Source: Torpedo marmorata
Taxonomy: Eukaryota
Assembly: GCA_977017645.1 (NCBI GenBank)
Contig: OZ360231.1
Span: 19,220,001-19,284,000 of the forward strand
DNA length: 64,000 nucleotides
Reading direction: 5' to 3'
The notes under the pieces: model-generated
What the model was told of the DNA's origin: nothing
Database searches by the model: none
The model's input: the letters and a program-made list of their open reading frames with translations, nothing else
Program-made: the position numbers and the translations under genes
Part shown: in pieces, positions 50,044-62,700 of the stretch
How positions within the stretch are numbered: position 1 is the first letter of the stretch
Layout of the letters: every line of letters begins with the position of its first letter

Positions 50044-50297
50044 GGGCGACACGGTTCGCGTAGCAGTTAGTGCGACGCTGTTACAGTGCCAGCGATCGGG
50101 ACCGGGGTTCAAATCCCGCGCTGTCTGTCAGGAGTTTGTACGTTCTCCCCGTGTCTGCGTGGGTTTTCCCCGGGGGCTCCGGTTTCCTCCCACCATTCAA
50201 AATGTATCGGGGGTGTAGGTAAATGGGGTGTAATTGGGTGGCATAGGCTCGTGGGCTGAAATGGCCTGTTACCGTGCTGTATGTTTAAATTTTAAAA
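50044..50297 (+). mobile_element. Full-length V-SINE (HE1-like)
   Basis: tRNA-like head with A-box-like CGCGTAGCAGTTAG and B-box GGTTCAAATCC, V-domain, CR1-type tail gggctgaaatggcctgttaccgtgctgta. Confidence 0.9.
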
Positions 50298-50379
50298 CTG
50301 TGATGGCAAACTAATTGAGTTAACTTAAAAGAGACAATGAGTACATGAGATAGATGGATAATAAATATTCACAGTTATC

Positions 50380-50930
50380 CTGAGAGAGCTAGGACGTTTC
50401 TCTTTGGAGTGAAGAAGGATGAGAGGTGACTTAGTAGAGGTCTACGAGATTATGAGAGGCAAAGATAGGGTGGACAGACAGTGCCTCCTTCCCAGGGCGG
50501 GAGTAGCAAACACCAGAGGACATCTGTACAAAGTGAAGGGAGGAAAGTTTAGGAGAGTCATCAGGGGTAAGTTTTTTTTACACAGAAAGTTGTGGGTGCC
50601 TGGAATGCATTGCCAGGGGTGGTGGTGGAGGCTGGAACAATAGGGTCATTTAAGAGACTCTTAGACAGTCACATGGAAGAAAGAAAATTAGAGGGTTATG
50701 AGGTAGGGAGGGTTTAGTTTTTTTTTTGGTACGAATATATAGGTTGGCACAACACTGAGGGCCGAAGGGCCTGTAGTTTTCTATGTTCTAATGGTCGACA
50801 CTTCGGGCCAACAAAAGGGTTTTTGGCTCGAAACATTCTTCTTCTCCCACAGATGCTGCTCGACGCATCGAGTTCTTCCAGCAGATTGTGAGTCGCTGCA
50901 GATTCCAGCGTCTCCCATGTGTCTGCAGTT
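50380..50930 (+). mobile_element. CR1 3' fragment followed by a Penelope terminal-repeat fragment (~50795-50930)
   Basis: MRGDLVEVYEIMRGKDRVD...TRGH; gatgctgctcgac...gagttcttccagca motif. Confidence 0.75.
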
Positions 50931-51144
50931 AACCCCAACGTGATTCCTTATTGGTTGTTAATGATTTTGGGATGGCCTTGCTGGTTTACAATTGCTAGTA
51001 CTTGCTTTCCTGGTACTTTCTCTTTCTCGATGCAGCTGTGTGAATCCCACGTCACTGTGAATCCCACGTCACTGTGATGCTAGTGTTGTCTGGTTGGCGG
51101 TGCACACTTATCGCAGTGGGGTCTCTGTTGTGTCTCCCTTCCAG

Positions 51145-51316
51145 AACCTGTTGTTTCCCAACCAGCCACCGCAGCCATCCAGCCGCTTGTCGGTGTCCTC
51201 CAAAGGTGACCTGACCATCAGCAACATCCAGAGGTCCGATGCCGGTTACTACATCTGCCAGGCTCTCACCGTGGCAGGCAGCATTCTCGCCAAGGCTCAA
51301 CTGGAAGTCACTGACG
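51145..51316 (+). CDS. ROBO2: ROBO2-type exon, C-terminal half of Ig4 (exon 8 equivalent)
   Basis: tctcccttccag|AAC ... GACG|gtaagg; 172 nt; [57 protein letters not shown]; phase 0 start matches the previous exon. Confidence 0.93.
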
Positions 51317-51464
51317 GTAAGGTGCAATACGTGGCAAGCCTTGTCTCAACTCCAGAAGTCAACAGTGGCCTCGTAGAGCTGCCGTCATTCACAGAAACAG
51401 GCCTTTCTGCCCACCTTGTCCATGCTGACCAAGTTCATGTCTGTGGTCATGTTTGTGCAACATT

Positions 51465-52075
51465 ATGAGGGGTGTAGACAGAGTAAATACAAGCAGGCTT
51501 TTTCCACTGAGGGTAGGTGAGAGAGAAACCAGAGGACATGGGTTAAGGATGAAAGGGGAAATGTTTAAGGGAACGTAAGGAGAGAACTGGAGGACATCAA
51601 GTCAAGTTTATTGTCATCTGATTGCACAAGTACAACCTGACGAAACAGCGTTCTCCGGTCCTCGGTGCAAAACATGCAGACACACAACCAGACACATCAC
51701 ACATACAGACAAACAATACAAATGCAGGACAAGAATGATATCTATAAAAATAAATAAATAAATGTTTCATTAATATGAGAGTGTCGGATGGTTAGTGTGA
51801 GCAGTTCCTTTGGTCGTTCAGCATTCTCACTGCCCGTGGGAAGAAGCTGTTCTTCAGCCTGGTGGTGGCTTAAGGGTGAAAGGTGAGATGTTTAAAGGGA
51901 GCTTCTTCGCACAGAGAGTGGTGAGTCTTGTGGTGTTACAGTCGGAAAATGGATCAGCTCATGATTGAATAGCGGGGCAGACTCGATGGGCTGAATGGCC
52001 TATTTCTTGGACTTGTAGAGTGTGGAACCAGCTGCCAGCTGAAGTGGTGAATGCGGCCTCAATTTTGACATTGAA
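51465..52075. mobile_element. Mosaic of CR1 (+) and Rex1-like (-) 3' fragments
   Basis: [24 protein letters not shown]; tttattgtc tail at ~51607; WNQLPAEVVNA. Confidence 0.65.
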
Positions 52076-54157
52076 GATAAAGACAATGCATTTCAGATTT
52101 CAACCACCCTTTGGTTGAAAAAGTTCTTCCTCAGATCCTCTCTTTTGCCTCTTCCTCATTACCCTACACCTTTGCCCTCCTCTGGGGTAAACATTCCCAC
52201 TGTCCACCCCATGTATGACCCTCTAAGCCTTTCCTGTCCGCAAACCTGTTCAAATGCGTTTGAGAAGTTGTCATTGTGCCTGCTATCCGCATAGTTTTTC
52301 AGGCATAGAGGTGGAGTTCCAGCCTGCATTTTGTCTTGGAAACGCGCGGTGGGAAGAGTTGGTGGATTCCGACGAAAGCTAATCTCCTCTTGCTCGATTC
52401 ACCGTTTTGGTTCTCAATGTCCTTCTTATCTTATTAGCTGCGGTGAATGGATTGTGGTAGAAGAGGAAGTAAGTGCTCTGTAAACCCAGTCATTAAGGCG
52501 TTCTTAGCTAGGGGATTTGTTTGAAGTGCTTCCTCCTTGCCTTTCAATCTAAGCCTTTACAAGAGGTGCTTGTGAGAAGCGATTCCACCACTTTGGAATC
52601 ACATACTGGGATTACCTGATGATCAGGCTAGCTTCTTCCACTCTGCAAGCTTTTGCACACAGCTCTGCCTCAAAACGCACTCGAAGGCACGAAGAGAGCC
52701 ATTGAGTTCCTCCAGCAATGTGTGTTTAGCTTCACATCCCAGCACCTGCCGTCTCTTGAGTGTCCCCAAAGGCAATTCTGATTATTTTTGGGTTGTGGTG
52801 GCTGCAGTCGTGTGTGGGGGGGGTTATGCATTCCTTTTCTCTCTCTCTTCCCTCCCCTCCCACACTCAGTCCTGGAGGCTTTGGCGATTAACTGTACGGA
52901 TCAGAATGACCCCAGTTTAAGCTTGGGCTGGGAGAGTTGTAGATGTGTGTCATTGAGTCAGGGGGAATTGAGAGCCCTGCTCCTGGAATGTAGGAGGGTC
53001 TTTCACCTCGTGGGACAGGGGTGGGGAGACATTTTGCACACCTGCAGTTCAGTCTGAACAGAACACCTCTGATAGAAGGGAAGGATTTCCTGGGTCAGGT
53101 TTCCTCTCGCACAGTCACAGGCTTCATTGAGCCTGTGATTATGTGTGTCTTTCCATGCATGTTTCCCTATGTTGCAGGTGTGTGTGTGTGTGTGTAAATA
53201 TTTGTGCAAAAGCATTTTGTGTATGTGTACGTGTGTGTTCTTATGCATGTGTTTGCATGTATGTGTGTGCGTGTCCATTGATGAGTGTATAAATATTTGT
53301 GCATAAGCATTTTTGTTTGTGTGTACGTGTGTGTTCTTATGCGTGTGTTTGCATGTATGTGTGTGCGTGTCCATTGATGAGTGTATAAATATTTGTGCAT
53401 AAGCATTTTTGTGTGTGTGCACGGTATGTGTTTGTATGTGTGTGTTTGTGTGCGTGTTTATATAGGTCTCCTTCCCCACCCACCCCCTGCCTCACACAGT
53501 TGAAATCCCCTGTGGCCATCCCGGTCGAGACCCGCGATTGAGTGCAGGTGAGTGAAGGCTTGAGTCGAGACATGCTGGTTAGAGTATTCACAAATAGTTC
53601 AGTGCTATCCTCCTCTCCCATGAGTTGGCAAGGGTTTGGGGGGAGGGGGAGTTTTGAAAGCCTGCTACATAAGCCTCAGAGGACTTCTTGGTTTGACAGC
53701 ATAAACTTTACACGATGTATCAGATGATCCGCAATCAGGGTTTACGAAAAGAAATCCGTCAAAAAATGTTCGATGGAAAGTCCTCTCAAGCACAGAACAT
53801 GCCTTTTCTGTGTGTGTGGTAAATTCTCTAAGATCCCCTAAACCTTTGCCATATGCTCCTCAACAATCTCTGGTTACTTTATTTTTAAATTAGAAAGGGT
53901 TTCTCAGACAGGCATAAGATTTGTTTCCTACTCCCAGATTTTTCCTTCCAATCCCTCCTTGAAGGCGATGGAAATAGCTTCCCGAGAAGGATTTGTAGTC
54001 TAACCTCTAGGCTGTGACCTCTCCAAGCTGACAAAGTGAGGCATTTTCATTGGATTCGAATTTACATGTAGATTAAAAGGTCATTTAAAATGAACGGCGA
54101 GGCAGTAATTTTTAATATCTGTCCACAAGGCTGCGTGATTCACTGAGGCAGTCTCAG

Positions 54158-54414
54158 NNNNNNNNNNNNNNNNNNNNNNNNNNNNNNNNNNNNNNNNNNN
54201 NNNNNNNNNNNNNNNNNNNNNNNNNNNNNNNNNNNNNNNNNNNNNNNNNNNNNNNNNNNNNNNNNNNNNNNNNNNNNNNNNNNNNNNNNNNNNNNNNNNN
54301 NNNNNNNNNNNNNNNNNNNNNNNNNNNNNNNNNNNNNNNNNNNNNNNNNNNNNNNNNNNNNNNNNNNNNNNNNNNNNNNNNNNNNNNNNNNNNNNNNNNN
54401 NNNNNNNNNNNNNN
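54158..54414. other. Assembly gap (257 N), followed by a GA-rich tract to ~54540
   Basis: Run of N. Confidence 0.99.
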
Positions 54415-54855
54415 GGAGAGACAGAGGGGGGAGAGACAGAGGGGGAGAGAGAGAGGGGGGGAGAGAGGGGGGAAAGAGAGAGGGAGAGAGAGGTGGGAGA
54501 GAGAGAGAGGGGGGGAGAGAGAGGGGTGGGGGAGAGAGTAATAGCTATACCTAGTGACAGTTCAGGGCTGGATTAAGAAAATTGTCGAAGGCTTGGTGTT
54601 CAAAGAGGACATTAATGAAAACATTCTTGCCTTTTATGTTCAAGGACTCATTTCTTGACATCTGTCGATTCCATTGTGACAAGACTCCCCTCAATTATCC
54701 CATTTCGTCCCTGTCTCAATTGATAATGGCCTTCAAACAGGCAATGAGAGATCATATTTACCTAATTTCATCCTGTCAGCTGCAGTAAAATCCAACACGA
54801 TAAAATAATGGACCTTCACCTCAAATTCTTGACAAGTACGCTTGCAATGTTTTTC

Positions 54856-56365
54856 GTGTGTGTCTGTGTGTGCATATGTCATTGTGTGTCATTGTGTGTG
54901 CGTGTGTGTGTGTGTGTCATTGTGTGTGCGTGTGTGTATGTGTGTCATTGTGTGTGCCATTGTGTGCGTGTGTCATTGTGTGCGTGTGCCATTGTGTGCG
55001 TGTGCCATTGTGTGCGTGTGTCATTGTGTGTGCGTGTGTGTGTGTTGTGTGTGCGTGTGTGCCATTGTGTGTGCGTGTGTGCGTGTCATTGTGTGTGCGT
55101 GTGTCATTGTGTGTGTGTGTGTCATTGTGTGTGTGTGCGTGTGTCATTGTGTGTGCGTGTGTCATTGTGTGTGCGTGTGTGTCATTGTGTGTGTGTCATT
55201 GTGTGTGTGTGTCATTGTGTGTGTGTCATTGTGTGTGTGTGTGTGTGTCATTGTGTGTGTGCATGTCATTGTGTGTGTGCGCGTGTGTGCCATTGTGTGT
55301 GTGTCATTGTGTGTGTGCGTCATTGAGTGTGCGTGTCATTGTGTGTGCGTGTGTCATTGTGTGTGCGCGTGTCATTGTGTGTGTGTGCATGTCATTGTGT
55401 GTGTGTGCGTGTGTGCCATTGTGTGTGTGTCATTGTGTGTGTGCGTGTCATTGAGTGCGTGTCATTGTGTGTGCGTGTCATTGTGTGTGCGTGTCATTGT
55501 GTGTGCGTGTCATTGAGTGTGCGTGTCATTGTGTGTGTGCGTGTCATTGTGTGTGTGCGTGTCATTGTGTGTGTGTGCATGTGTCATTGTGTGCACGCGT
55601 GTCATTGTGTGCGCGCGTGTCATTGTGTGCGCGCGTGTCATTGTGTGCGCGCGTGTCATTGTGTGCGCGCGTGTCATTGTGTGCGCGCGTGTCATTGTGT
55701 GCGAGCGTGTCATTGCGCGTGTGTCATTGTGTGCGCGCGTGTCATTGTGTGCGCGCATGTCATTGTGTGCACGCGTGTCATTGTGTGCGCACGTGTCATT
55801 GTGTCCGCGTGTCATTGTGTCCGCGTGTCATTGTGTCCGCGTGTCATTGTGTCCGCGTGTCATTATGTCCGCGTGTCATTGTGTGTGCACGCGTATCATT
55901 GTGTGTGCGCGCGTGTCATTGTGTGTGCGCGTGTCATTGTGTGCGCGCGTGTCATTGTGTGCGCGCGTGTCATTGTGTCCGCGCGTCATTGTGTCCGCGC
56001 GTCATTGTGTCCGCGCGTCATTGTGTCCGCGCGTCATTGTGTGTGCGTGTGTCATTGTGTGCGTGTGTCATTGTGTGTGTGCGCGCGCGTGTCGTTGTGT
56101 GCGTGCGCACGTGTCGTTGTGTGCGCGCGTGTCGTTGTGTGCGCGCGTGTCGTTGTGTGCGCGCGTGTCGTTGTGTGCGCGCGTGTCGTTGTGTGCGCGC
56201 GTGTGTCGTGTGAGCGCGTCGTTGTGTGTGCGCGTGTCGTGTGTGCGCGTGTCGTGTATGTGCGCGTCATTGCGTGCGTGTGTGTCATTTGTGTGTGTGT
56301 GCATGTGTGTCATTTGTGTGTGTGTGTGTGTGATTTGTGTGTGTGTGCGTGTCATTGTGTGTGTG
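54856..56365. repeat. (TG)n-derived minisatellite punctuated by GTCATT
   Basis: Units such as GTCATTGTGTGCGCGCGT, about 14-24 bp. Confidence 0.95.
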
Positions 56366-56729
56366 AAGAATTTTTAAATAACACAATGGCACAGCTATTA
56401 GACGCTCCTTGCAGGAGTATAAATCACTGGGTTGTCCTCGACAGGAGACCTGGAGTTCTGAGCACCACACTTTGGGAAGGATTTCATTCCCTTGTTGAAG
56501 GTGAAGAAGAGATGTGGGGGTGGACTGGTCATAAGTTCTGGTTGCAGACAAACCTGAAGGAAAATTTAATAGTTGCTTCAGTGGTGAGGCGTTTTGAATT
56601 GTTTATTGAATTGATTTTATATTGTCATGTACTGAGATAGAGTGAAAAGCTTCATTACAGTGCTATCCAGGCGAGTCAACCTATCAAGGTTCCAAAGGCT
56701 CCTTTTATTGTCACATGGCAACGGGAGGT

Positions 56730-59700
56730 GTAGACGGAGGGAAAGGGGGGGATGTGACGGAGTCGCTGGAGGGGAGGGGTGTCTGTGATGGAATTGATGG
56801 AGGGGAGGGGGTGTGTGTGATGGAGTCGATGGAGGGGTGTGTGCAATGGAGTTGATGGAGGGGAGAGTGTGTGATTTAGTCGATAGAGGGGTGTGTGTGA
56901 TGGAGTTGATGGAGGGGAGGGTATGTGTGATGGAGTTGATGGAAGGGAGGGTGTGTGTGATGGAGTTGATGGAGGGGAGAGTATGTGTGATGGAGGGGAG
57001 GGTGTGTGTGATGGAGTTGATGGAGGGTAGGGTGTGTGTGATGGAGGGGAGGGGTGTGTGTGATGGAGGGGAGGGGTGTGTGTGATGGAGGGGAAGGGTG
57101 TGTGTGATGGAGTTGATGGAGGGTAAGGTGTGTGTGATGGAGGGGAAGGGTGTGTGTGATGGAGTTGATGGAGGGGAGAGTATGTGTGATGGAGGGGAGG
57201 GTGTGTGTGATGGAGTTGATGGAGGGTAGGGTGTGTGTGATGGAGGGTAGGGTGTGTGTGATGGAGGGTAGGGTGTGTGTGATGGAGGGTAGGGTGTGTG
57301 TGATGGAGGGTAGGGTGTGTGTGATGGAGTTGATGGAGGGGAAGGTGTGTGTGATGGAGGGTAGGGTGTGTGTGATGGAGGGGAGGGGTGTGTGATGGAG
57401 GGTAGGGTGTGTGTGATGGGGAGGGTGTGTGTGATGGAGGGGAGGGGTGTGTGTGATGGAGGTGATGGAGGGGAGGGTGTGTGTGATGGAGTTGATGGAG
57501 GGGAAGGTGTGTGTGATGGAGGGTAGGGTGTGTGTGATGGAGGGGAGGGGTGTGTGATGGAGGGTAGGGTGTGTGTGATGGAGGGGAGGGTGTGTGTGAT
57601 GGAGGGGAGGGTGTGTGTGATGGGGAGGGTGTGTGTGATGGAGGGGAGGGGTGTGTGTGATGGAGGTGATGGAGGGGAGGGTGTGTGTGATGGAGTTGAT
57701 GGAGGGGAAGGTGTGTGTGATGGAGGGGAGGGGTGTGTGTGATGGAGGGGAGGGTGTGTGTGATGGAGGGGAGGGTGTGTGTGATGGGGAGGGTGTGTGT
57801 GATGGAGAGGAGGGGTGTGTGTGATGGAGAGTAGGGTGTGTGTGATGGAGGGGAGGGTGTGTGTGATGGAGGGGAGGGTGTGTGATGGAGGGTAGGGTGT
57901 GTGTGATGGAGGGGAGGGTGTGTGTGATGGGGAGGGTGTGTGTGATGGAGGGGAGGGTGTGTGTGATGGAGGGGAGGGTGTGTGTGATGGAGGGGAGGGT
58001 GTGTGTGATGGGGAGGGTGTGTGTGATGGAGGGGAGGGTGTGTGTGATGGAGGGGAGGGTGTGTGTGATGGAGTTGATGGAGGGGAGGGTGTGTGTGATG
58101 GAGTTGATGGAGGGGAAGGTGTGTGTGATGGAGGGGAGGGGTGTGTGATGGAGGGTAGGGTGTGTGTGATGGAGGGTAGGGTGTGTGTGATGGAGGGTAG
58201 GGTGTGTGTGATGGAGGGGAGGGTGTGTGTGATGGAGGGGAGGGTGTGTGTGATGGAGGGGAGGGTGTGTGTGATGGAGGGGAGGGGTGAGTGTGATGGA
58301 GTTGATGGAGGGGAGGGTGTGTGTGATGGAGTTGATGGAGGGGAAGGTGTGTGTGATGGAGGGGAGGGGTGTGTGTGATGGAGGGGAGGGTGTGTGTGAT
58401 GATGGGGAGGGTGTGTGTGATGGAGGGGAGGGTGTGTGTGATGGAAGGGAGGGGTGTGTGTGATGGAGGGGAGGGTGTGTGTGATGGAGGGGAGGGTGTG
58501 TGTGATGGGGAGGGTGTGTGTGATGGAGGGGAGGGTGTGTGTGATGGGGAGGGTGTGTGTGATGGAGGGGAGGGGTGTGTGTGATGGAGTTGATGGAGGG
58601 GAGGGTGTGTGTGATGGAGTTGATGGAGGGGAAGGTGTGTGTGATGGAGGGGAGGGGTGTGTGTGATGGAGGGGAGGGTGTGTGATGGAGGGGAGGGGTG
58701 TGTGTGATGGAGGGTAGGGTGTGTGTGATGGAGGGGAAGGTGTGTGTGATGGAGGGGAGGGTGTGTGATGGAGGGTAGGTTGTGTGTGATGGAGGGGAGG
58801 GTGTGTGTGATGGAGGGGAGGGTGTGTGTGATGGGGAGGGTGTGTGTGATGGAGGGGAGGGGTGTGTGTGATGGAGTTGATGGAGGGGAGGGTGTGTGTG
58901 ATGGAGTTGATGGAGGGGAAGGTGTGTGTGATGGAGGGTAGGGTGTGTGTGATGGAGGGGAGGGGTGTGTGATGGAGGGTAGGGTGTGTGTGATGGAGGG
59001 GAGGGGTGTGTGATGGAGGGTAGGGTGTGTGTGATGGAGGGGAGGGTGTGTGTGATGGGGAGGGTGTGTGTGATGGAGGGGAGGGGTGTGTGTGATGGAG
59101 TTGATGGAGGGGAGGGTGTGTGTGATGGAGTTGATGGAGGGGAAGGTGTGTGTGATGGAGTTGATGGAGGGGAGGGTGTGTGTGATGGAGGGGAGGGTGT
59201 GTGTGATGGGGAGGGTGTGTGTGATGGAGGGGAGGGGTGTGTGTGATGGAGTTGATGGAGGGGAAGGTGTGTGTGATGGAGGGGAGGGGTGTGTGTGATG
59301 GAGGGGAGGGGTGTGTGTGATGGAGGGGAGGGGTGTGTGTGATGGAGTTGATGGAGGGGAGGGTGTGTGATGGAGTTGATGGAGGGGAAGGTGTGTGTGA
59401 TGGAGGGGAGGGGTGTGTGTGATGGAGGGGAGGGTGTGTGTGATGGAGGGGAGGGGTGTGTGTGATGGAGTTGATGGAGGGGAGGGTGTGTGTGATGGAG
59501 TTGATAAAGGGGAGGGTGTGTGTGATGGAGGGGAGGGTGTGTGTGATGGAGGGGAGGGTGTGTGTGATGGAGGGGAGGGGTGTGTGTGATGGAGTTGATG
59601 GAGGGGAGGGTGTGTGTGATGGAGTTGATGGAGGGGAGGGTGTGTTTGATGGAGGGGAGGGGTGTGTGTGATGGAATTGATGGAGGGGAGGGTGTGTGTG

Positions 59701-62700
59701 ATGGAGTTGATGGAGGAGAGGGTGTGTGTAATGCAGTTGATGGAAGGGAGGGTGTGTGTGATGGAGGGGAGCGGTGTGTGTGATGGAATTGATGGAGGAG
59801 AGGGTGTGTGTGATGGAGTCGATGGAGGGGAGGGGGTGTGTGATGGAGTCGATGGAGGGTAGGGTGGTGTGATGGAGGGGAGGGGTGTGTGACGGAGTCG
59901 ATGGAGGGGAGGGTTGTGTGACGGAGTCGATGGAGGGGAGGAGGTATGTGATGTAGTCAATGGAGGGGAGAGGTGTGCGATGGAGTCGATTGAGGGGAGG
60001 GGGGTGTGTGATGGAGTTGATGGAGGGGAAGGGTGTGTGTGATGGAGTTGATGGAGGGGAGGGTGTGTGTGATGGGGTGGGTGTGTGTGATGGAGGGGAG
60101 GGGTGTGTGATGGAGGGGAGGGGTGTGTGATGAGGGGAGGGGTGTGTGTGATGGAGTTGATGGAGGGAAGGGTGTGTGTGATGGAGTTGATGGAGGGGTG
60201 GGTGTGTGTGATGGAGTTGATGGTGGGGAGGGTGTGTGTGATGGAGGTAGGGGTGTGTGTGATGGAGTTGATGGAGGGGAGGGTGTGTGTGATGGAGTTG
60301 ATGGAGGGGAGTGTGTGTGTGATGGAGTCGATGGAGGGGAGGGTGTGTGTGATGGAGTTGATGGAGGGGAGATGTGTGTGATGGAGGGGAGGGGTGTGTT
60401 TGATGGAGTTGATGGAAGGGAGGGGTGTGATGGAGTTGATGGAGGGGAGAGGTGTGTGTGATGGAGTCGATGGAGGGGAGGGGGTGTGTGATGGAGTTGA
60501 TGGAGGGGAGGGGTGTGTTTGATGGAGTTGATGGAAGGGAGGGGTGTGATGGAGTTGATGGAGGGGAGAGGTGTGTGTGATGGAGTCGATGGAGGGGAGG
60601 GGGTGTGTGATGGAGTCGATGGAGGGGAGGGGTGTGTGGTGGAGTCGATGGAGGGGAGGGGGTGTGGGATGGAGTCGATGGAGTGGAGGTGGTGTGTGAT
60701 GGAGTCGATGGAGGGGAGGGGGTGTGTGTAGGAGTCGATGGAGGGGAGGGGGTGTGTGTAGGATTCGATGGTGGGGAGGGGGGTGTGTGACAGAGTCGAT
60801 GGAGGGGAGGGGGGATGTGATGGAGTTGATCGAGGGGAGGGTGTGTCTGATGGAGGGGAGGGGTGTGTGTGATGGAATTGATGGAGGGGAGGGTGTGTGT
60901 AATGGAATTGATGGAGGGGAGGGTGTGTGTGATGGAGTTGATGGAGGGGAGTGTGTGTGTAATGCAGTTGATGGAAGGGAGGGTGTGTGTGATGGAGGGG
61001 AGGGGTGTGTGTGATGGAATTGATGGAGTGGAGGGTGTGTGTGATGGAGTGGAGGGGGTGTGTGATGGAGTTGAGGGAGGGGAGGGGCATGTGTGATGGA
61101 GTAATGGAGGGTTGGGGGGTGTGTGATGGAGCTGATGGAGGGGAGGGGTGTGTGACGGAGTCGATGGAGGGGAGGGGTGTGTGTGAAGGAGGCGATGGAG
61201 GGGAGGGGGTGTGTGATGTAGTCAATGGAGGGGTGGGTGATGTGTGATGGAGTCGATATAGGGGAGAGGTGTACGATGGAGTCGTTTGAGGGGAGGGGGT
61301 GTGTGTGATGGAGTTGATGGAGGGGAAGGGTGTGTGTGATGGAGCTGATGGAGGGGAGGGTGTGTGTGATGGAGGGGAGGGGTGTGTATGATGGAGTTGA
61401 TGGAGCGGAGGGTGTGTGTGATGGAGTCGATGGAGGGGAGGGTGTGTATGATGGAGTCGATGGAGGGGAGGGTGTGTGAGATGGAGGGGAGATGTGTGTT
61501 TGATGGGGTTGATGGAGGGGAGAGGTGTGTGTGATGGAGTCGATGGAGGGGAGGGGGTGTGTGACGGAGTAGATGGAGGGGAGGGGGGTTTGTGATGGAG
61601 TCGATGGAGGGGAAGGGGTGTGTGATGAAGTCGATGGAAGGTGGTGTGTGATGGAGTCGATTGAGGGAAGGTGTGTGTGACAGAGTCCATGGAGGAGAGG
61701 TGTGTGATGGAGGGGAGGGGTGTGACATGGAGGGGAGGGTGTGTGTGATGGAGGGGAGGGGTGTGTGATGGAGGGGAGGGTGTGTGTGATGGAGGGGAGG
61801 GTGTGTGTGATGGAGGGGAGGGTGTGTGTGATGGAGGGGAGTGTGTGTGTGATGGAGGGGAGGGTGTGTGTGATGGAGGGGAGGGTGTGTGTGTTGGAGG
61901 GGAGGGTGTGTGTGTTGGAGGGTAGGGTGTGTGTGATGGGGAGGGTGTTTGTGATGGAGGGGAGGGGAGTGTGTGATGGAGTTGATGGAGGGGAGGGTGT
62001 GTGTGATGGAGTTGATGGAGGGGAGCATGTGTGTGATGGAGTCGATGGAGGGGAGGGGTGTTTGTGATGGAGGGGAGGGTGTGTGTGATGGAGGGGAGGG
62101 GTGTGTGTGATGGAGTTGATGGAGGGGAGGGGTGTGGGAGTCGAGGGAGGGAGTGAGTGATGGAGTTGTTGGAGGGGAGGGGTGTGTGATGGAGTCGATG
62201 GCGGGGTGGGGGGTGTGTGATGGAGGGGAGGGGGTGTGTGATGGACTTGATGGAGGGGAGGGTGCGTGTCATGGAGTCGATGGAGGGGAGGGGGTGTGTG
62301 ATGGAGTCGATGGAGGGGAGGGAGTGTGTGATGGAGTCGATGGAGGGGAGGGTGTGTGAGATGTAGTCAATGGAGGGGAGGGTGTGTGTGATGGGGAGGG
62401 TGTGTGTGATGGAGGGGAGGGGTGTGTGTGATGGAGTTGATGGAGGGGAGGGTGTGTGTGATGGAGTTGATGGAGGGGAAGGTGTGTGTGATGGAGGGGA
62501 GGGGTGTGTGTGATGGAGGGGAGGGTGTGTGTGATGGAGGGGAGGGTGTGTGTGATGGGGAGGGTGTGTGTGATGGAGGGGAGGGGTGTGTGTGATGGAG
62601 TTGATGGAGGGGAGGGTGTGTGTGATGGAGTTGATGGAGGGGAAGGTGTGTGTGATGGAGGGTAGGGTGTGTGTGATGGAGGGGAGGGTGTGTGTGATGG

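Noticed and set aside
50044-50120. tRNA gene
   Set aside because: The tRNA-like head runs straight into the V-SINE core and CR1 tail, and there are at least seven copies in the window.
54808-56640. Cys/Val-rich ORFs as metallothionein- or keratin-associated-like proteins
   Set aside because: Artefacts of the (TG)n minisatellite, open in all frames.
56676-62272. 1094-aa and 771-aa His/Pro/Thr-rich ORFs as mucin-like proteins
   Set aside because: Translations of a simple G-rich satellite, antisense to the host gene, with no gene structure.
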